Source: Neocallimastix sp. 'constans' (Eukaryota). Taken from it: a stretch of 64,000 bases of DNA. The stretch spans positions 124,001-188,000 of the forward strand of contig JBODTK010000109.1 of assembly GCA_050613775.1 (NCBI GenBank). The letters are read 5' to 3'. A program made the position numbers and the translations under genes. Position 1 is the stretch's first letter, and the number at the start of each line of letters is the position of its first letter. Below are positions 54,146-64,000 of the stretch, in pieces. The notes below the pieces were generated by a model, which made no database searches, was not told the origin of the DNA, and was given only the letters and a program-made list of their open reading frames with translations.

Positions 54146-54617
54146 TTATAAAATACTTACATTAACATGTGATTCATCAATAGTTGTATAGTATAAATGA
54201 CATTCATTAACAAGCCATTCAATGGATCTCCTATTAAATATTTAATAAATATTTACATTTTTAATATAACTATTACAATTACATTAAATAAATAATTAAA
54301 ATAAGAATGCAAGATTTATTTACCTAATATCCTCTTCATTAAATTTACCATTAAGCATTTTACATATAGTTTCAACATGCATACCTTCTTCACCTAATTT
54401 TTGTGATTTAATTAGATTAATAATAGCTTGTTGACTTTGAGTATAATCACCTGTACCCATAGCAGGTATATTATCATTATAGTTTTGTGGAGCATAATCA
54501 GAATTATTAAAAGATGGTAAAATCTTTTCTTGATTTCCATATGAATTCTAATACAATATTATGTATAAAAAATTAAAATTCATATTAGCTTATTAAATTA
54601 ATATATTTATAAATTTT

Positions 54618-54648
<31 letters not shown>

Positions 54649-55670
54649 TACATTATTTTTCTTTTCTTCTAAATTAATTTTTATAATTTCAAGGAAATGT
54701 GATGTTATTTCATTGAAATTTTCAATCGAACGAATATTAAATGCTAATACCCCCTTATTATCTTGTTGTGAAGTTCTTAAAGAACCAATTACTTTTATAT
54801 AATGACCTTCTTTACTATAAAAAAAAATTATATAATGTTTATTATTATTAAATAACATAAATAAATTGATAAATTGATTTAATTTTTCAATTAATATAAT
54901 TATCTTTTATATTTAAAATGTACATATTTTATGTAGATACCTCCATTGGGAACGTTTTTGAGCTTCACTATCATCATCATTAGTATTAATCCATTCTATT
55001 ACATCGATTGAACCAGTACCATCTTCAATTTTATAATTAGTTTTTGTCGACATAAATTGAATATTTTGAATTTTTCCAATTAATGAAATCTTTTTTAAGA
55101 AAATATATATATATCAAAATTTTAATATTTATAAAATTTATTGATTATTAATAATTTAAAAAAAAATAATTAATATTAACATGGTCAAGATCTTTTCCAT
55201 TTAAACTAAATGGTCCTTCTGGAACAAGCTGAGAAGCGCTATAAATTTGTTTAATTGTAACTGGTCTTAAATTTTGATTTGTAAGATTCTAATTAAAAAT
55301 TTATATATTAAAATTGTAATTATAAAAATAAAAAAAGTTTAATTATAAAATTATCATTATTCTTTTATTATATATAAAGAGATAGAAAAAATAAATACTT
55401 TTCTTCCAGTTGAACTTGAATTATCATTTGTTGTTTGAAATCCATCTTGATTATTATTATTGTATTCGTAATTGAAATTATAAGCTAAATTTAAAATAAA
55501 AATAAAAGCATAATAAATAATGTTAATTATTCATATTTAAGTTTAGTAACGAACAATTAATTAAAATTAATTATTATTACATTATATATATATATATTTA
55601 TTTATATATAATTAATTGAATTTACTATAATTATTACTATTAAAAGTTTTATATTTGACTTACTAGACAT
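54146..55670 (-). CDS. RPA2: Replication protein A 32-kDa subunit (RPA2/RFA2), multi-exon
   Basis: A 7-nt first exon ATGTCTA|gtaagt is followed by exons NLRPVTIKQI, ISLIGKI..YKIEDGTGSID, YIKVIGSLR..AFNIRSIENFNEITSHFLE and winged-helix EEGMHV..LVNECHLYTTIDESH. The 3' end is uncertain because a gtaagt donor may lead to one more tiny exon. Confidence 0.92.
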
Positions 55671-57384
55671 TTTAATTTATTTTTACTGTAATTGTTTCGA
55701 ATAATTATGAATATTTTAGTAATAATAAAAATAATTATGAAGTTCTTTTAAAGTAATAATGTATTATAAATAAATTAAACAAAATAAATTTAGATTATTA
55801 ATAATAGATTAAAATATATAATGAATATGAAATCTAAAATTAAAGAATTCAATTTCTTTTTTTTTTTTTTGCTTTATAAATATAAAAATCAATTGCTTAG
55901 CAAAATTTAAATAAAATAATAATTATTAGGACAAATACAAAAAAAAAATAAAAATAAAAAAAATTTTTTTTTTGAATTATTAAAATCATTGTCACTTAAC
56001 TATATCTAATTATTAATAATAAAAAAAAATTAAAAATTAATAAAAATATTATTTAATTTGAAATATTCATTTACATGAAAATTTATTCTTGATTATATAT
56101 TTTATAAGTATTAATTTTAATTAATATTAATTTATTTAAATAATAATTTATATGTTTATTTATTAAAACTTGAAAAACAATTAATTATTTCTATAATACT
56201 TTATAATAAATTTAATAATTAAAAAAAAAAAAAAATTATAATTTATCAGTAAGCATTTAAGTATGAGTATAAATAAAAATATTACTTTCTAAAAGAATAA
56301 AACCGAGTTTTGTAGCTCTTGTATTCAAGGATTGTTGAGTTTTTGGTATGTATTAAATGGCAACTTTGACTTTTTTACATTTCAAATATTATATATTATT
56401 TATTTAATTTTATTAAATGATAAACTCAGTTTTTCATACAAGATTACATTTCTTCATATTCAGTTAACACACTCAATGGTGAAATTATATTATTTCATAG
56501 TCCATGAGGGCCCAACGCATTTTCAAAAAGTTCATTATATTAAGCTTAATGATTAATGAAAAAAAAAATTTTTTTTAATTACAAGTTTTTAAAATTAAAG
56601 TTTTCTAAAACTACTTTGCTATCGGTCAAAAAAAAAAATTAAAAAAAAAAAAGCAATTTATTAACCATTATTAATCATCAAAATATATACATAATAATAA
56701 CTAATATAATTATTATTAATATTAAATAATTTAAATATTTCGATCATTATTACTATTATTTATATTTATATATAGATTTTAAAATAAATTTTATTGTGGA
56801 TATATAACTATTGTATATATGTATAAATTTTGGATACTTATAATGGAAAAAAAAAATATTTAAAAAGAATTATTTTCTATTAAATAACTTTTTTTTAAAT
56901 ATTAATTATGATACTAAGAAAATTTATATAAAGATCATTTATATTGTAATTAAATGTAAAAACAACAATAATAAATTAAGAAAATTAATAGAAATTTATT
57001 CATTTAATAATTAAATAATATTGAATTCTATCTAATTATTAAAAATAGAATATTAAATATATGTATTTTCAGAATTTTTTGTTTATATATATATATATAT
57101 ATTTAACTTTTAAAATTAATTAATTTACTAAATTGATTTAAAATTGATTTAAAAATATTATTTTTATTATAATAAATTTTATTTTTTACAAACTCCAAAA
57201 AAAAAAAGGAAATATAAAATTGTAAAAAAAAAAAAAATTCACCATAATTTTATAATACCTCTTTTTTAATGGTTAATGTAATTGTATTTTTAATATAAAT
57301 ATTATACTTTATATGTTGTAATTATCAAAACATTTAATAGAAAATAAAATAAAACCTTTATATAAATAATATTCAATAATTAAA

Positions 57385-58761
57385 ATGTCACATTACAATA
57401 AAACAGATAATGGATTTAATAATAGAAAAGTAATTAATTATGATGATTTAGAAGAAGGTGAACTAATCGAAGAAGATGAAATAAACAATAATAGTAAAAA
57501 TGATGAAGGATATTCTAATAGTGAGTATAAATTAAAATTCATATATTTTTTAATATTAAAATTTTAATAATAATAATAAAATTTAAATAAATTATGAATT
57601 AAAAAATTGAAAATACATGATTTTGAAAATTAAATTTTAAAATAATTAACTTAAAATTAATTATAAAATGTCAATGAAATAAAAAAAAAAAATAATAATA
57701 ATAATAAAATATTTTTTTTATCATGCAATAAATGAAATTAGATAAAAAGGTTTTTCCAAAATCATATAAACTTAAAATTAATGATGAAGATGATATGAAA
57801 TTTAAAAAAATACAAGATTATGAACATCAATTAAAAAAAAAAGAGAAGGAAAAAGAAAAGGAGAAGGAAAAGGAAAAGGTAAAAGAGAAAGAAAAGGAAA
57901 AAGAAAATTATAAGGAAAATTTCGATAATTCAAAATCAAAGGATGAAAAATATAAAGATAATGATAATTCATTGCTATTTAAAAATCTATTAGAAAATAA
58001 AAGAAAATCTAAATCAATATGGGAAGAAAATGATAATGAAGAAGATTCTCATCAAAAAAAAAAGAGAAAGAAGAGAACAAAAAAGTATTCAAAAACACAA
58101 AGTATACAAAACTCACCAGAACAAATAGATTTATTAGAATCACCATATAATTCAAAATATGGAAATAATACCCCAATTCATAAAAGTTATAGAAATAGTA
58201 TAGAAGATTTAGGAAGATCTAGATCTTCATCTCCTGTTGGTAGTGTAACATCACTATATGAACAAGACTTCTCAGGAGAAGAATATTTATCAAATACCAA
58301 TAAAGTTACATCATCTTATCCAACAGCCCCAGCATTAGTTTCTTGTAGAAGTGTAGATGATTATGAAAAATTAAATAGAATTGAGGAGGGAGCGTATGGT
58401 GTGGTATACCGTGCAAGAGATAAAGAAACAGGTGAAATTATTGCATTAAAAAAACTTAAATTAGATAAAGAAAAATTTGGTTTTCCAACAACTTCTTTAA
58501 GAGAAATCCAAATGTTATTAATGGCAAAACATCCAAATATAGTTAATGTTAAAGAAATTGCAATAGGGAGTGACATAAGCAAGTAAGGAAATTTTCATTT
58601 TGTTATTTAAAATTATATATTACAAAATTCATTATATTAACTATATAATATTTATGTATATTTTATTAATATTAATAATTATTAAACATTAAACATTTAT
58701 AATTGCATATATATATTCTACTACTACTAAAAACAAACAAACAAACAAACAAACAAACAAA

Positions 58762-58816
<55 letters not shown>

Positions 58817-60183
58817 TATTTATTGCTATGGAATTTGTTGAGCATGATCTTAAAAGTTTAATGGAAGAAATGGAAGATCCGTTCCTTCAATCTGAAATTA
58901 AAACGATAATGCTTCAATTATTATCAGCAGTTGCTTTATTGCATAGCTATTGGATTATTCATCGTGATTTAAAGACTTCAAATATTCTAATGAATAATAA
59001 AGGTCAAATTAAATTGGCTGATTTCGGTTTAGCAAGAAGATTTGGAAGTTCAATGAATCGATTAACACCTTTAGTTGTAACATTATGGTATAGGTAAGTT
59101 TTAAATATATCTCTAATTAATTTCATTATTTAATAACATTTTTATGTATTTATTTATTTTTAAATAATTTAAATAATTAATATTATTATTGTATATATAC
59201 ATATAATATAGAGCACCAGAATTGTTATTAGGTGAAAAAAATTATACTAAAGCTATTGATATGTGGTCAGTAGGATGTATATTTGCTGAATTAGTTAATA
59301 AAGCACCATTATTCCCAGGTACAACTGAAGTTGAACAAATTAATAAGGTATTTTAAAATAAGAATCCTTTGATAAATAAATTTAAAATATATTAATAAAA
59401 ATAAAGATAAAAATATGCTTTAAAATGATATATAAAATCTTATAATTAACAATTATTAAATATACTAATTTTTTTTTTTTTTAATAAAAAAAAAAAAAAA
59501 ATTATATTAATATCTAATATAGATATTTAAACTATTAGGTACTCCAAATGAAAAAATATGGCCTGGATATGAAAAATTAACAAGTGCCAGATCATTCACA
59601 TTTGGAAATTATAAGTAAATTTAAAGAAATATATATTGTTTATTATTAATAAAGCTTATATATATTACAATATATTACAATTATTAATATTATTTATTTT
59701 AATATATGTATAATTGTATTTATAATAGATATAATAATATAAAAAGTCGTTTTCCATTTCTTTCTGAAAAAGGTTTAGATTTAATGTCAAAATTATTAAC
59801 TTATGATCCTAAAAAACGTATTACAGCAGAAGAAGCACTAAAACATCCTTATTTTAAAGAAAGTCCTTTACCAAAAGATCCAAGTATGTTTCCTACTTTT
59901 CCAAGTAAAGCTTCTGGTGAAAAGTTAGTAATAATATATATATATATTAAATATAATATCAATAATCTTAACAATATTAAATTTTAAATATATAATTTAT
60001 TTTTCTTCCTTTTATATATATATATATATGATTTATATTTTATTTCAATATTAAAAAAAAAAATGAAACAATAGGAGAAAAGTGTATTTGTCTCCATCAG
60101 CACCTAAAGGTCAATATAATGATGGTTCATCCCTTTTTGATTATCAATCTCAAGCTTCATCTGGTTTCAGATTAAAAATTTAA
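57385..60183 (+). CDS. CDK11: CDK11/CDC2L (PITSLRE-family) cyclin-dependent kinase, multi-exon
   Basis: [88 protein letters not shown]-terminal GFRLKI* (TAA 60181-60183), plus a charged N-terminal extension. Confidence 0.93.
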
Positions 60184-60387
60184 AAAAAAAAAAAAAAAAA
60201 AAATTATAAATATATATATTAAATATATTATATTACTGAAATATAATAAATTATTAATATTATTATTATAATTTTTTAATGATAATGTATCTATTTATTT
60301 TTTGTAGTTTCTTTATTTTATATGATAACTCAGTTATTAATATAATGATTTATTTATTTTATTTTATTTAAATAAATATTAAATATT

Positions 60388-60427
<40 letters not shown>

Positions 60428-60876
60428 CATTATTTTTTTATAGTATATATTTTTGTATTTATTTCAATATTTATAAATAATTGTATTTATAAATATTTAT
60501 ATCAATAATACAATTATATATGATATATCTTTATGATCCTACATAAATTGATATAAATAATATTTAATGTATTTCTTTTCCTAATTATATTCATATAGAA
60601 ACAAAATATTATTATTTAATTTTAGTAAATTATAATTATTATTTTGATTTTAAATAAATAAAATATATATATTAATAAAGAATAATAATAGTTTACAGAA
60701 ATGTTTTATATATGTATATATTTAATAATAATTTACATAGTAATTAAATAATTATATAATTAAATTAAATGATTTATACAATAATTATTGCTATTATTAT
60801 ATAATATATAATTTATGTGAAAAAAACATTTTTGTGCTTTATAGTAAAGATAAAAATGTAAAAAAGACAATCTTTC

Positions 60877-60949
<73 letters not shown>

Positions 60950-63011
60950 ATTATTATTATTAACATTAACATTATTAACTCTTCAAATTTAAATTTGCAA
61001 ATTTACAATTATTAGTATTGTTCATTAGAGTTAGGTTAGGACAATGCAGATCATTATCGACACTAAAATTTAATTTTCTGTCATGTCACCAAATATATTC
61101 GACTGTTTTGGGGCAATAGCTTTTCAATTTAATAACTATTAATAAAGTTTACCTTGGTTATCTATCTTTTAAAAAAAAAAAAATAAAATAAAATAAAAAA
61201 AAAAAAGAATTTCCTATAATGTCAACTTTTTTTTCCTCTAGATAAAATGGTACCCCTGTTAATCATAAGTCTACTATCTACATATATATATATATATATA
61301 AACATTATTGTTACTACCTATTTAAAAATGGGGAATCAATCATGAGATTTCTCTTTTAATTATTTTATATTATTATTATTATTATGAGGATTGTTTAAAT
61401 TTTTAATTTATTTTTTTTTTTTTTTTAAATTTTTAATAAAATATTTTTTAGATTGACATTTTTACATTGACATATGATTATTTAAAAAAAAAAAAAAAAA
61501 TTTTTTCATAAGTTGAATTTTTCTTTTTTAAATAATTTTTTAATTATAATAGTTAATTTCTAATTATAATTAAATAATTATATATTTAAAATATATAAAA
61601 TATATATATAATATATAATTACTTTAAAAATTAGTAATAAAAGCGTAATAAAATATGAAAAATTTTTAATTTTGAAGTTTTTGAAATGAATTGTTCACAA
61701 TATAGTATATAAATTAATATAAATATATATTATATAACAATAAATAAAATATAAATTCTTTTTAAATATAAATAACTTTTTAATATTTAATTTTCTTGTT
61801 TTTTTTTTTAATGCTCTATAATATATTAATAAAAGTAAATCATATCGTGAGTGTGACTAGAAATTTTAAATAAAAAAATTTTTAAAATATGAATATTACT
61901 ACTTTAAAAAAATTATTACATCATTAATATATTTATAATGATGATAACAATAAAATAAAGAAGAAAAAAATTATAAAAAAAAAACTAATTGAAAAATTAT
62001 TATATATATTTTTATGATGATAAAAAAATAAATAATCTATATTAATAATCTAATATATATTTTTTTATAAATAGCAATAGAATTATTTATACAATTATTA
62101 ATCAAACTTTTTTTACAATTACTATTTTTATTATCAGTAAATTATTATTATGTTTTTAATTAATAATTATTTATTATTTAACTATTTATTATATTATTTA
62201 TTAATTATTATATATAAATAATAAATAATATTTATTGTTTAATTAAAAAAATACTTTTATTTTTTTTTTTTAGATAATATTCATATGAATTATAGGATTT
62301 TTAATATAATTATAATATTATATTAAAAATAATTTAAATATGAATTAAAAAAATATTTATTTATTTTCATTGATAATAAGATATTTTTATATATAAGCAT
62401 ATACTATTGATAATTAAAAAAGAAGTAAAAAAAGTTTACAATAAAACAAATAAAACATTTATTATACTTTTTACTGATTAAATATAAGAATATAGAAATT
62501 GCATATATTATTTAATTATATATTATTTAAATTAGACACTAAATAATATGCATCAGATATAAAATTTAGCACTTTAAATATAAAATTTTAATTAAGTAAA
62601 TAAGTATATTATTAACATAATTAAATAAACATTTTTCATTTTTAATCTTTTCTTTTATATATATGAATTATTTATTATACTTTTATACCAATATTACATT
62701 ACACTTCATTATATTAAATACTATAATGTCAAAATAAATAAATTATTCATATATTATTATATAATATAATTTACCCAAAAAATAATATATTTCATTTTTT
62801 TTTAATTATAATTAATGAATAAAATAAGATTACATTTATTTAATATGTAATATTATAATGTTTACATATAAATTTTATTATTAAATTTTACTATAATTAA
62901 TATTATTAAATAGAATTTATTTCTTTTTAGACGATATATATATGTAATGTAATAAAGTAATATAATAAAAAATAAAGGCTTTTTTAAATATTTAATAAAT
63001 ATTTTATTTTT

Positions 63012-63068
<57 letters not shown>

Positions 63069-63839
63069 AAATTATTATTATTTATTCAAATTATAATAAT
63101 AAATTCAATATTGAATCCAAGGAAAAAAGAAAACAAAAAAAAAATATATATATATTTGTAAAAAGGGAAAGGATAATAAAAGATAATAAAAGGTATATAT
63201 ATATTTTAAAATAAAATAAATAAGAAAGAAAATATAAAATAAAATTCGCAATACTAAACTTCGAGTGAAAAAGAATAATTATCTTTCAAATAATATTTGT
63301 TCTTAATATGTATATAACATAAATAAAATAAAACAAAATAAAATAGAAATTATCATTAGATATTTATAAAATTTAATTAAATATTTTATTAATTTATAAA
63401 TTATTCAAATAAAAATTTAAAATTATAATAAAAATAATTTTTAATAATTTAATACATTCAAACAAATTTACATAAATGAAACATATGAATATTTACATAT
63501 AACTGTATAAATTGTTGAGCTGATAAGTGAAAAATAATAATTAAATTAAAAAATTAAATAACTTTTATAGCATTTGAAGAATAGAATATAAAACAAAAAA
63601 GCAAATAATATATATATCGAAAATATTACATGCAAAATAATTTTTCATTAAAAATAAAACAAGAGTATATAATGTATATATGTATATTATATTATTAAAT
63701 AAACATTCATATAATATCATAAATGTTTATTCTATTGTTATAATTATTAAAGTTTTAATTATATCAATAATATAAGCGATTATAATGATTATAATAATTA
63801 TTTTAATAAATTATATAAACTAAATAGTTTATATAATCA

Positions 63840-63876
<37 letters not shown>

Positions 63877-64000
63877 AAAAATTTAATTGAACAAAATATT
63901 TGATAGATAAGAAATTATATATAATATTCAAATATTTTAAAATTTCCACAATTATATATCATAATTGTCTTGTTATATCCACAAATTCAAATCACAAAGA

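Overview
Extremely AT-rich, intron-rich eukaryotic genomic DNA. Gene content and composition suggest an anaerobic gut fungus (Neocallimastigomycota); this is inferred, not proven. Host genes: RPN2, CWC27, a membrane-anchored class I cyclic-nucleotide phosphodiesterase, an Lte1-like RasGEF, RPA2 and a CDK11-like kinase. Between them is a dense layer of mobile DNA: one apparently intact single-ORF APE-RT non-LTR retrotransposon (12677-17996, with TSD, structured 5' leader and poly-A), three decayed relatives, a decayed Ty1/copia element, a non-autonomous TIR element with an 8-bp TSD, two arrays of one minisatellite family, and two inverted copies of an unidentified GC-rich non-coding element. 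The best candidates for something undescribed are the LINE family (N-terminal RRM-like fusion, structured 5' end, conserved ORF-terminal module, association with the minisatellite), the dispersed GC-rich element and the multi-TM PDE. All alignments, folds and splice models were made by eye, so boundaries are approximate unless stated.
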